A stretch of DNA of 61,988 nt, the filler included, from Porpidia crustulata (Eukaryota), in NCBI GenBank assembly GCA_964255105.1. It is 8 parts of 8 records of this genome, joined end to end, with 100 filler letters (N's around TTAATTAATTAA, not from the genome) between each part and the next. Parts side by side here need not be neighbours in the genome. Positions count along the whole stretch, not along the records: positions 23,317 to 30,983 come from CAXUWE010001266.1; positions 31,084 to 38,738 come from CAXUWE010001267.1; 6 more parts are not named here. One strand, given 5' to 3'. This document shows, piece by piece, positions 25,768-36,726 of the stretch. A program made the position numbers and the translations under genes. The notes under the pieces are model-generated. The model was given only the letters and a program-made list of their open reading frames with translations. It was not told where the DNA came from and did no database searches. The first letter of the stretch is position 1, and every line of letters starts with the position of its first letter.

Positions 25768-27076
25768 TTAGTCATTGTAGTTTGATAGACGAGACCCATC
25801 TTTGTCCACTTTCGGCTGGCCATAGCGGGCAGAGATCTCTTCCTCTTGCGATTTTCCAGCACTATCGAACACGGGACGCTCTGCTTGAGAAGCAACACGA
25901 ACTGCGTGACGACGGTGGGGAGCAAATCCGTACGACGCAGAATGATTCTACGGTCTCCATTAATGCTCGAATTAGGGCAATGAGGGAAGCATATTACTTA
26001 CAGTGATGCGATTGTCCCAGAACGCAACGTCATTCTTTTGCCACTGGAAGCGAACGTGGAATTCTTGTGTGGTTGTAATCACTTCGTTTAGATACTTGAT
26101 TACGGCGTTACTCTCCGCTTTTGGGACTCCGACGATGGTCGTCACGAAGCCAGGGTTGAAGAACAAAGATTTCCATCCAGTCACAGGATGAGTACGAACA
26201 AGCGGGTGCTCGGATATGACGGGTTCACGACGGACCGGGCGGCCAAGAGCTTTAGAGCCTTCAGATTGAATGCCGGCCGAGTGTAAAGCCGTGAGTCCTT
26301 CGAGATACCGTTGCATGGAAGACGAGAGCACATCATAAGCCGCGTATTGAGAAGCCCACAAGGTGTCGCCACCGCCACCACGTGGAGGGCCCGAGAGAAC
26401 CTTGAGTGATGTGTAGGAGGGAGGCTGAATTTCGTAAGTCACCTATAGAAAGTTAGCAAGACGCAAACCCTGCTTGGCGCGATGTGTTTACATCCGAGTG
26501 CCAAAGAAACGATGGCTCAAAGAGGGCGCGCTGATCTCTAGACTTCTCATCCGTGTATACGACATGAACATCTTCCAAGCCGGGTCGCCTGGGAACAGCA
26601 GTGGTCGCATGCTTATGGAGCTTACCAAAGTACTGTCCAAGTTCCCGTTGGGCGTCTATGTCCAAGTCGGTCTGGTTTCGGAAGAATACGACCCCTCGAA
26701 CCGAGATCAGACGGGCCAAGTCATTCTTCTGTGCATCTGTAAGCTTGGCCAAATTGATGCCAGCAATCTCAGTGCCGATCTTGGGGTTATAGTCGAAGAT
26801 GTCGGTGGCGGCGTCAAGGAGATTACGGAATTGAGGATGACCATGAATACCTTTGTCATGATATGGCACTTCCGTTAAAGGCTCCCAATGGATGTCTGGA
26901 AAAGTTGGGCGGAGATCTTCATGCTCATAGAAGTCGTGACTCTCCACATCCGTATGGCCGGGCTCGTATACTAAGTCTTGTGTCTTCGTACGCGACTTTG
27001 ACCAGGCGAGGTCATGGTTGGTGATTGGCTTGGCGTAGACCGAGTAGGCATAGGGTTCTTCCAAAGACGGAGTCAT
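25768..27076 (-). CDS. TauD/TfdA Fe(II)/alpha-ketoglutarate dioxygenase (Jlp1-like sulfonate dioxygenase), 3 exons
   Basis: PKIGTEIAGI, RGVVFFRNQ, WHSD/VTYEIQPP, GGDTLWAS, EHPLVRTHPVTGWKSLF, FWDNRIT/NHSA...RRHAVRV. Confidence 0.93.
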
Positions 27077-29949
27077 ACTAGGATGTAGGTGAAGTATCTT
27101 TGTTGATGGACTACTTATGAGACTAAACACTCAGAGAGAATCAATCAAAAGTTAGGAAGTGGAATGAGGGAGGAAATTTAGGAAAGGTAGCAGGATATTA
27201 AATAGGGAAGGGCAGAAACAGATGAGAAAGCAACGGATGACGAATCCCAATAAGATGAATGCTACCGACTTACCTGACTATTAGGTACTGTCGGGTTCGA
27301 ATCACACTGCATCGCATCATCAAGTGGAAAATGGCAACACCAACTCATTATACATTACAAATTACACAGCAGTCACCTGGATCGGCCAAGGCCCCGGACA
27401 GGTCGTTCAGTCGGATGTTGATTAAATTTGCAGCTTTCTCCACATACCGTAAACCGTTTCAGGTCAGTAAACACGCGAGGATCCCGGGCAGCTGGTGTTA
27501 CTGCCAGTTGTATGCCCATGGCGCAGAAGGCTGTTGATTACTAGCGCTGACCCTGAGCTTTATCATCTCGCCTGCAAATAGCGACATAAGGGTCGATACC
27601 ACACAATAGACAAACGGCGGAGATATACGCTCTCAAGAGTTCCTATCTCTCATGACTACCACGACAAGTGAGCGTTTGACTGCTTTCAAGCACAAAGTTG
27701 GGAGTGTCGTTGAATAAATCCGTTACTCTCGTTAGTTGGTGAGCTAACATCGGCGCTAACTCCACAATTATCTTAGCGTGTTCCACCCGCTCCCCTGGTC
27801 GCTTGTCTCCCTCTCAGCACGCAACCACATCTGCAAATGACACAATCAAGACAATGAGGCCCCCAAGCAAACGTATAATTCACCTGAATGGACCGGCTCC
27901 GCATCCAGCATGAGCATGTTTCGCTCCTCTCCTTGCATTGCACACAATGGAGATCGTTATGCATCTGCCTTCACCGCTTATGTGAGTCTGCGGAATACCA
28001 ACAATATAATCGGATTCGGATTACTAGCAACTACTTCAGCCCTCACAGTTGCGACGCGGTTGCCTGAGATGACCTGAAAAGAGACATATCGTGGCGCCCA
28101 GCTAGATGCCCAAGTAAGAAGTATCATCGTTCCACTCATCACACTGCCCGCTGTACTTGCCCCGGTAGCGTATGTCGGCCCCCGCAGCTCGAACTCTTCA
28201 AGTCAACAGCTCAACAAGTCAAAATTCCAAGAGGCCAGACTATTCTCCCGAAAGGATTGGTACATATCGATCAATCAAATATGACATTAAGTGTATTGTA
28301 CGAACTTTGTGTCATCCGTCCCATCCGGCTGGCGCCTGGTCTTTCTCTGTTTGACCTTGACAACCACTGTACATGCAAACGGCGCTTCAGGTCAATCGAG
28401 CCTGTCGCTTTCTGAAAGAAACCTGTTCACTTGAAGGTGGTCTCCTTGAACGGCTTCTTGTTCTGGCGGAAATGACGCTGCAAATTCTTGAATCACTACC
28501 ATGTTGATGGATTCGGTGACATGCGTTAGGTCTCAAGACTTCCCGACTCCAGCGCGGCACTAAATCTTGAGCTTTGTTCTTCACACCATCATTTCGGCCG
28601 TTTGCCTCTTCATGATTTCGTCGAGTATGTCGGGGGCTGTGTGGTGACCAATTACCTCGTATTGTTCAGTCAGTCAATAATCATGCGCTTGCTGACTTGT
28701 TTATGGGTAACCTCAAACGAGGCCTTGATCCCCGCTCATCAGAGTAAGAGGACTATTCGAACCATGTCACGCGCAGTCGCAGACTTTTCAACAGTAGCAT
28801 TACCTGCCACAATCCTCCAGATCATTTCGGTCCTTGATGGTCTACGAACTGCGCTTCTCTATTGTCACTCGAATCTGATTCTGAATCCAATGCTCTACTA
28901 CAGGTGCACTGTATTCTATCACAGGACTTATCGTATTAGATGGATAGAAAGATGGGGATTTTCCGCAATTATCTTCTAGCGCATGTAACGTCGCCTTTTC
29001 TTCGCTTGCTATCTTATATGTGTGTTGCGCCGTAATCATACAGGAGTCATCGATTATCGCCTGCTTCAACTCGTTTGCGATTTCCTCCCGCTTCACCGCC
29101 GCCCCCACTATTATCTTGATAAGAACTTTGAGGTCCTTATGTTCGATGTCCATGCGCTAGAGGTGAAAAGGGATTGTATTCCATTAACACCAACCACCGG
29201 TCGTGGCAATCTGTTTCGGGGTTTGGATCGCCATTGTTCCAGGAGGTTGGTCCGAACTGTTAGGCCTGTTTAGCTAACGGGATCTTAATGCTGTATGGAG
29301 GCATTGTTCACTGCTCCACACGCTGATAAGAAGAAGCTCTTGCAAACTCTAATTTCTAGCAGCAAATTAAGCTAGGTCAGTGTTTTCAGCCTCTTACGAC
29401 TACCAGTGCTATCTAAGTCTCCGTGGCTTCCTGTCGGAAGACTTCTACAATCACAGTGATGTGTTCGGCGTTCGACAGCGTTTGGGCAGGGGACGTGCAA
29501 GATACGGCATCGGCTTTAAAAATCGTAGAGTCTGCAAGCCGGTCTTGATGCGTTCTTGACACAGCAGCTAATACTCTTGGAGTATCCTTTAGATTCGTTC
29601 ACTGTCCTTGAGCACTACCATGTCGGTTATTGGAATCTCTGGTCACAGTTTTTTGGTTGCCCCAAGGAAGCCTATGTCATCCGATGGTACGTCAAGCACC
29701 TGCAGGAGGTAAGCACCCGAGGCCGTGTCCTTGTGTTCAAAATAGCCTATTCCTGGGATGCACGGCAGATTTGCAAAGTCGAGGTAAGTCCAGTACTCGA
29801 GCATTGATTCCGCTAGTCAACATCAATTCAGCAAAACAATCAAATCTAAGAAATCAATTGTTGGGAACGAAGACGTTTAAACATCTAAATACCCATGTGC
29901 TGAAATGCATTTATGGTCCGCACAATAAGCTTTACGCTTACAGAACCTG

Positions 29950-30062
29950 TACCCGTACATACCCCTAGTTCGGCCACATCCCTAGCTCGGCCATATTACC
30001 AAGGGTTAGGGTTACAGGATCGAGATCAATGAACGTGGCCGAGCTAGGGGTGTGTAGGGGTA
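29950..30062. mobile_element. MITE / internally deleted Tc1-mariner(pogo)-type element
   Basis: Imperfect 28-bp inverted ends including the outer TA (TACCCGTACATACCCCTAGTTCGGCCAC versus the reverse complement of GTGGCCGAGCTAGGGGTGTGTAGGGGTA), plus an internal direct repeat of CCCTAGYTCGGCCA. Confidence 0.7.
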
Positions 30063-30709
30063 GCTCCAACCACAACCATTCGGACATCCGATTTGAAGAG
30101 TTTCAATCAGAGCAATGGCTGACGTCCAAACCCAAATCAAAGAAGGTACCTACCATTGACGATCTGATAGAGTGCAAGCACGCTTTTCCGCATGTAGCTT
30201 AGGACAAATCACCTTGGGAGCCATGTCGTGACGCTGCCTTGCACTCGATTGAGACTCAGCCTCGATATGCCCCTTACTACCTAGCTATACTCTACATACA
30301 CCACTGTGCCGATGATACACGCAGCTAAGTCCAGTCAGACGAGTAGGATACCATAATCGTGGAGCCTATCTAGCAGCTTGTCCTGGCATGTGATACTCCC
30401 ACCGCGTACGAGGATCGATTCTCTAGGGAACAAACCCCATCTTACCCCCTAACTGTATCAGGCGACTGACTTACGGGAGACAAGTTCATGCTCGACATTG
30501 TCCAATGCGACTTCTATATGATCACAGCTCCAACGGTGCGATGCAATTTTCAATCAAAGTCCTATGAGCCAAGCTGATTATTGCCGTAAATTCAACGCTG
30601 CCGAAAATGCTTCTCCGCTGTGCTACCCTACTCATGCTTTTCCTTCGTCACCCGATACAAGATCTAAGGCAAGAGGTGTGTATGTACAAATGTAGCCAAC
30701 CCTGGCCGC

Positions 30710-30983
30710 TCATCGTTCATTTCCCACCAAACCCGTCCGCTCGTCGTCATGCCCGCCTTGGTTTCTGTTATCCTGTCCACCAACCTCGTCGCCGTTGGCA
30801 TACCCATACCCATTCCCGTTCCCGTTTCTATTACTCTGCACTTCCTCGTCTCCGCCGTGGACGTACCCCTCTCCTCCACCCTTCCCCAAATACTCAAACC
30901 AAACCCCCATCACCAACAAGAACCCCTGCAACGTCCCTGTCACAAGATACAGCCCCCAGGCACTCCATCCCTCTCTCCCTAGC
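30710..30983 (-). CDS. C-terminal fragment of a PQ-loop-type membrane protein, 5' part off-contig
   Basis: LGREGWSAWGLYLVTGTLQGFLLVMGVWFEY followed by a hydrophilic tail ending DERTGLVGNER. Confidence 0.55.
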
Positions 30984-31083
30984 NNNNNNNNNNNNNNNNN
31001 NNNNNNNNNNNNNNNNNNNNNNNNNNNTTAATTAATTAANNNNNNNNNNNNNNNNNNNNNNNNNNNNNNNNNNNNNNNNNNNN

Positions 31084-31347
31084 AGGACGAAGAAGGGCAA
31101 GGGCAGGAGCCAGGAGGAGGGTGGTGAGGATGATGAGGAGGGTTATGCCGGTGAAGATGTATAGGGATCGGGTTTCCCTGCTGCGGCTTTTGGTTTGCGC
31201 GGCAGTTTCGACCGGTGGTTCGGACTGGGAAGCTTCATCCGCTGCTTGTTCGTCAGGTAGCAGTTCGTACAGTCCATGTCCTGGAGCACTCATCCATGAG
31301 AGCGGGTTCTTGGACTGCCAATATCGTGACGGCTTTGCCATTGCCAA
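31084..31347 (-). CDS. N-terminus of a type II membrane protein, possibly another DUF3328/UstYa-like oxidase; truncated
   Basis: Charged N-terminus (GLYELLPDE) then one TM helix (LYIFTGITLLIILTTLLLAPALALL), the same layout as its neighbours. The catalytic region is not in the window. Confidence 0.45.
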
Positions 31348-32038
31348 AGTTGCCAGCTCAAGTCTGGTAGGATGTCCTGAGATCCTTCGGCTGCAACGGT
31401 ACTGCAGGATTCTTGCTGGTGTGAACCAGTGATTGATGGTAAGCCAGACTGTATCGCAAAAGGGATGTAAATATCAGACTATCACGGAGCCAGCGTGTTT
31501 AGTCATGGCCTTGCATAGCCGATAATTTCACTATACGTAATAGTGGTCACGAAGCAATACTAGACTGGAATCTCAGCTCACATCGTCGCATCATCTCTAG
31601 CTTCGCATTGAAATATGAGAAGCTTTAGAGATGGGGCACATTGACAGAGCGGGAAGTAAAATGCTGTTTACTCTAGTCCGAGAATCGTTCCATATCCGTA
31701 GTACTGAACTTCGATCCGAGCGACGTCAGCTTACACTCAGTTCCGCCTTTCATTTGATATTTGTCGCTTTCCGTTCAGATTGTCAATATTTGCTCTTTAG
31801 ATCTTGACATGAGTATGGCGATTCCCCGCCTTTTCCCTAAGTGTCGTATTTAAGTGCGATATTTGAATCAATAACCTAGAATTTTTGGATAAAGCGACAT
31901 TGATCAGAAGAACGTCTCGCTCCTGAAACAGCGTAAGTGACGACCGTCCAATCTCGATATTTCTATTTTGACTTATTTATTTCAAGATTCATATTGAAAT
32001 TGGCGCTGTGGGCTACCAGCCAGAAGAGTGTCGAGGCC

Positions 32039-32716
32039 ATGGGTCATGAGTTTCAGAGAATCTCAATGGAAGAACCACCGATGGAATATCGCCCAGGCAG
32101 ATGCTCTGCGACTGACTTGGAAAAAGACCATTTCGATGTTGGATTGGCAGAAAGTTTGAATCAACTCTTTCGGCGACTTCGGCTGCTTTACTTCATTCTC
32201 GCCGGCATAGTCATCTTAGCGCTACTAGCAGTGATCAGTGCAGTCGTATGGCCAATCCGGGCTCATACGACCGATCTCATTGATCCTGCTAGCCTTCAAA
32301 CGCAGTTGCAATGCGGAGCCTCCACAAAAGAAGCACAAGCTCTCGGATGCAAATTCGACATTCTTGCAATGGCATGGCTACCACCAGCTTGTGTGGATCC
32401 AGGATTAACGACTGAATTTCGAAGTTATGAGAAGTGGCGATACTGGGCAGACGAGCAAGCCACAGTCGAATTGCGGGAGGATGAGTTGTGGAACCGTTCT
32501 GGTCCGGATGGGGTTGTCTGGGCACCGTTGAAATGGCACCTAGTCCATTGCAACTTCCAATGGCAGAAAATGAACCGAGCCATGCTAGTGGGGAGGAGGA
32601 TTGAAGCAGCGTTGGCCGATTTGGCACATACAAAGCATTGTGGAAATATTGTACTCGACCGTTCTGGCCTCGATGAGCTCAGGACGGAAATAACCATAGC
32701 TTTTTTGACTTGTTGA
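32039..32716 (+). CDS. DUF3328/UstYa-related double-HxxHC protein
   Basis: Single TM anchor; CGASTKEAQALGCKFDILAMAWLPPAC; HLVHC and HTKHC; C-terminal Cys; intronless. Confidence 0.8.
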   Translation: MGHEFQRISMEEPPMEYRPGRCSATDLEKDHFDVGLAESLNQLFRRLRLLYFILAGIVILALLAVISAVVWPIRAHTTDLIDPASLQTQLQCGASTKEAQALGCKFDILAMAWLPPACVDPGLTTEFRSYEKWRYWADEQATVELREDELWNRSGPDGVVWAPLKWHLVHCNFQWQKMNRAMLVGRRIEAALADLAHTKHCGNIVLDRSGLDELRTEITIAFLTC

Positions 32717-33300
32717 ACTAGGTTGTTAGAAACTCAAACTCATGCTGCTATTTAAAACAGTCAATTGACCGAAAATATTCTTGCAAAGAGCTTATGTTCG
32801 AGCAGTAAATGTGACACTTTGCAGAACCAAAATCCCTCGTTTACTAGGATAATCTCCCCAACATCTCATTACTGGTTTGTTTATTATCCTCAAAGGACGT
32901 AGCAGGTGCTCAAGAGAACGCCCCACCTGACTTGGACCCAGGGCTCGTGAAGTTGGCTACTCAGTATTCCTGGGCCGGTCTTGTATGCGGAATTGAAGCT
33001 TTTCCGTGAGTCTCTCGGATATTCTGGCAAAATATTTCCGACTGATGATATGGAAAAATTATTGGCTCCTAGATCCGCAAATCTGTCATTGATTGCTTTA
33101 TTATATGTGCCCTCAAGGACACTTTGGCACTCGATATGATAGTGCTAAGCAGTGCATTTTTTTGCGTAAAGTTTCGAGCGGTACCGTCAGAACCTTTAAT
33201 TCTACGCTGCAAAAGTCTGGAAATTGATTATCATGTGTGAAAATTGTCACCTTTGGTTATTATATTATGTAGTTGCTGACCTATTTTGCTAGTCGTGAAC

Positions 33301-34038
33301 ATGTCGTCTGCCGAAACGGAAACTTCAGATCCCCTCGTACCCAAATCGTCATTCGAGCAGGAACGCTTTGATCAGGAAGCATTGCTTTTGAAGACCCAGT
33401 TTGAGAGCGAGAGAAGCACCGCTCGTTCGAGACATTATCGACACATTTGGACAGTGGCATGCCTTCTCGCCGGGGCTCTCGCCACTATCGTTATTCTAGT
33501 ATTGACGCCTAGCATCAAAATCGAGATCCATTCCAAACCGTCTAACCTGGATATTGGCTGGAATGATGCACTTCAAGTCACAGAAGAGCCTTTTGAGAAT
33601 GGATACTGGTGCGGCCATTCCGCGGAGGAAGCCAGATCTCGCGGCTGTCGATTTGATCTTGTCTTATTCTCGTGGGTTCCTCCACAGTGCTATGACCAAG
33701 GCTTGGAAGACATGTACACGGAACGCCAATTTGAATGGTGGAGGAATGAGAACGGGTCGGATGGCGTTTCACAAGAAGTTGCAAAGCAGGGTACTGAGGA
33801 AATCTTGTGGCTCAACTGGGATTACCACGTTTGGCACTGCAAGCACATCTGGAAGATGATGACTCGGGTCTTAAGAAACTCGACACTCGGTATTCCAGGG
33901 AGTCTTCTCGAGTATGAGCACACGGAACATTGTATCAACGTCCTCACAGGAGACGAGGGTTATCCGCTTGGCGAGATTGGCACACTGGTCACGCTCAACT
34001 ACTCAACCTGCTATACCAAAAATACTGGAGGAATGTAG
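33301..34038 (+). CDS. DUF3328/UstYa-related double-HxxHC protein (paralogue of 32039-32716)
   Basis: Single TM anchor; CGHSAEEARSRGCRFDLVLFSWVPPQC; HVWHC and HTEHC; YSTC near the C-terminus. Confidence 0.8.
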   Translation: MSSAETETSDPLVPKSSFEQERFDQEALLLKTQFESERSTARSRHYRHIWTVACLLAGALATIVILVLTPSIKIEIHSKPSNLDIGWNDALQVTEEPFENGYWCGHSAEEARSRGCRFDLVLFSWVPPQCYDQGLEDMYTERQFEWWRNENGSDGVSQEVAKQGTEEILWLNWDYHVWHCKHIWKMMTRVLRNSTLGIPGSLLEYEHTEHCINVLTGDEGYPLGEIGTLVTLNYSTCYTKNTGGM

Positions 34039-34620
34039 CGTCAAGTAGAGCGTATCAATAATCTAGGGCAGGAGGGCACCGGACTTGTGGGTTCTGCGAG
34101 TTCTTAAGCTCAAGCGTTTCTTGGTTGTCAAGTCGTGGATTTACAAAGTAGTATGTAGGTGGGGACACAACAGATTTACGGCCAAAGCCCCAGAATTCAT
34201 ACACTTGAATGCTTTTACCCTACAATTTCCGCCCCGTTGCAAGTCAGCACCTCCCACCTCCCGAGTGTTGATAATCTTGTGAGCAAAAATATCTTACATG
34301 TAAATCTTTAAAAATTGGGAGAAGCCGATATTGGCGCCAAGGACTTCTTCGCCTTATGGTTTGGTCTATTCAATTCAAGTACCTAGACACCTAGATTATT
34401 GCAAGTAATGTGTAAGAATAGATTACGGGTGTAAAGGTATGCCGTGAGCGTCATGCAGCTGATCGGTCCGCGAGTGCGGATTGCCGGTTAAAATTCTGAT
34501 CGAATAACTCCTACAGCATAAGATTATCCACACGCATCGCAAGCATTCTCAGGATGTGCCGCATAAATAAATCACATTGCTTTGGATCTCTGAGCAATTC
34601 TTCTCACCAAGACATTAAAA

Positions 34621-35676
34621 ATGGGGTTGGTATCTTCGATCATCAGCTTTTCCTCCAAACCCTCTCAACTCTATGAGTCTCTCAGCGAATCAGACTCGGA
34701 GTTTGCGTCTCCAATGTTCAGAGAGAAGTCGGTATACCCAACCCAAAGCTGCCATCGTAGAGACTGATGAAGTAGGAGAAGCTTATTGGATAAGCCGGCC
34801 CTTGTAGCGAGTTTTGGAAAAAGCATGCTATTGTTGTGTTGCTTTTTGCTCGGGTTTGCATCAAGCATTGCTTGGACAATGCTCAGCTACGATCCACCCG
34901 CTGTTCCCGGCGTTCCAGGATGTGAGTTGACAGAAAGCTCATCTTCAACAACTCAAGTTAATTCGTCATCTACCACTCAAGATGTCACTAACCCCACATA
35001 TTCGACCACCTGGATGCCAGATGAGCGGTATGCCCTTGATAGAAACGATAGCACAAGCGCGGCAGCATGGGACATCCTAGAATCTCGTAAGACCCGTCTT
35101 TCTTTGCCGAAATCTTGCCCAGAATCATATTTTTTGAAAGCCACATGGATTGATCTGATCTTGCAGGATTTGTTTTCATCGACAATCCACTTCAGAAAGG
35201 CCTACAGCCTTCAGCACCGAAGGGCATGCCTCGCCAGGTCTACTCGGTCGCTGCATTTCATCAATTACACTGCGTGTATGTTTGTGTCGGCTGGCCGTGG
35301 AGTAGACAGAAAGTGTGCTAATGTATTATAAACCAGAGGTGTGATCCGGTTTGCTTGGCACACGCTGCTTCAGGACGGACGAGAAGCACTTGAAGCAGAA
35401 TTTCCAGGAACTTTTGGAGAGTACACGATAGGAGGGCATTTCGAGCATTGCGTAGAGATCGTTAGGCAGGCGTTGGTATGCTTTGCTGATGCTACGCTGG
35501 GACCCATGATGGGGGAGGATGGTAGGATCTCGGAAGCCGGTATCGCGACAGGATGGGGCGCATTGCATACATGCAAGAACTTTGATAGCCTTGTTTCTTG
35601 GGTGGATGGGCAGGAGAGTGTTCACGATGAGGATGTCATAGAACCGGGTGCCTTGCCAGGAATGCCCTTGAGTTGA
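34621..35676 (+). CDS. Canonical UstYa-family (DUF3328) oxidase, 4 exons
   Basis: Introns about 34728-34775, 35087-35166 and 35276-35336. TM anchor; AAAWD; VYSVAAFHQLHC; HFEHCVEIVRQALVCFADATL; GWGALHTCKNFD. Confidence 0.9.
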
Positions 35677-36726
35677 ATCGGTTGTAGACCATAAGTAGAT
35701 AGGCCATACCTTACGGACAGAACCCAGAATCTTGAGCAAGACTCTTTACAAAACGATTGTAGCGGAAAACTACATTTCTGGAACCAAGAGAAGAGATCAA
35801 GTAATTTGGTGATACACAATTTGAGCGACGAACGTGTTGACACGACGGGGTGACACATGCATCAATAATTATGCATTCATAAATAAGCCTATTTTCACAA
35901 ATCTGAATCTTTTACGTCGAACGTTGCTTTATCTATTCAAACATCAAGAGTAGAATTTATACCGCAAGTTTATTACTTGTTAGGACCTGTATACTCTCGG
36001 CAAGGTAATTTGATTATCTGATATAAGTTGGGATCAGAAGGTCTAATGATAGATGACGTGTCTGATCTCAAACTGACCTCCCACATCGTATACGTGTCTA
36101 TCAAAGTATTGAAATGATTGATTGCACCCCTTCGTCCATCCAGCCATCACATACGTTAGCCAGGTTAGGTACGACCGAGAAGCTAGCCTGTGAGCATCTA
36201 TACCTTTAGCGACTTTTCACTTGTTTCTGGACGCGCTTTGACTAAGGTACTACGTTCAGATCAGTGGGTAGCATTGCACCCAAAACTCCTGCGATTGGAA
36301 AACACGAAGACAGTACGGAATTGTAGATACTGGGATATCCGAGTAAACTCCGAGATCAACATGGTGGAAAGACTCATGCAGGCCATGACATGGAAATCTC
36401 AATTCCGCTCCGTACGGACTCGAACCTGACGCGGAGCGGTGAGGTCAATGGCGGCGGAATTATCACTGATCGCTCCCGTTGTCAGCAGCATAGTATGCTT
36501 TGGCTTTTCGGTCTGTCAGAGCATGACTGTATTTCGGGCACAGCACAGGATCTCGCATCAGCCGCGTGGAAAAGGATGTTAGGTCTTTCAATCTCGCCGG
36601 TGCCTCTCTCGCTGCTGGATTCGGAAATGTTCCTCCAATGGGATACAGGGGACGGACTTCACTTGATAATTTCTTCTCTAGGCTTGATGCGTTTCCAATT
36701 TATGCCTCCGCATCTATCCAATTTAG

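Noticed and set aside
30710..31347. One minus-strand gene spanning the gap
   Set aside because: The two halves come from different size-sorted contigs and look like different protein families.
31350..34620. Shared CCG/CGG-ATATT-like promoter motif among the DUF3328 genes
   Set aside because: Matches are short and degenerate; cannot be told from chance without a motif-enrichment test.
25768..35676. TauD dioxygenase and PQ-loop protein as members of the DUF3328 cluster
   Set aside because: They are on the preceding contig, separated by an artificial linker, so adjacency is not real.
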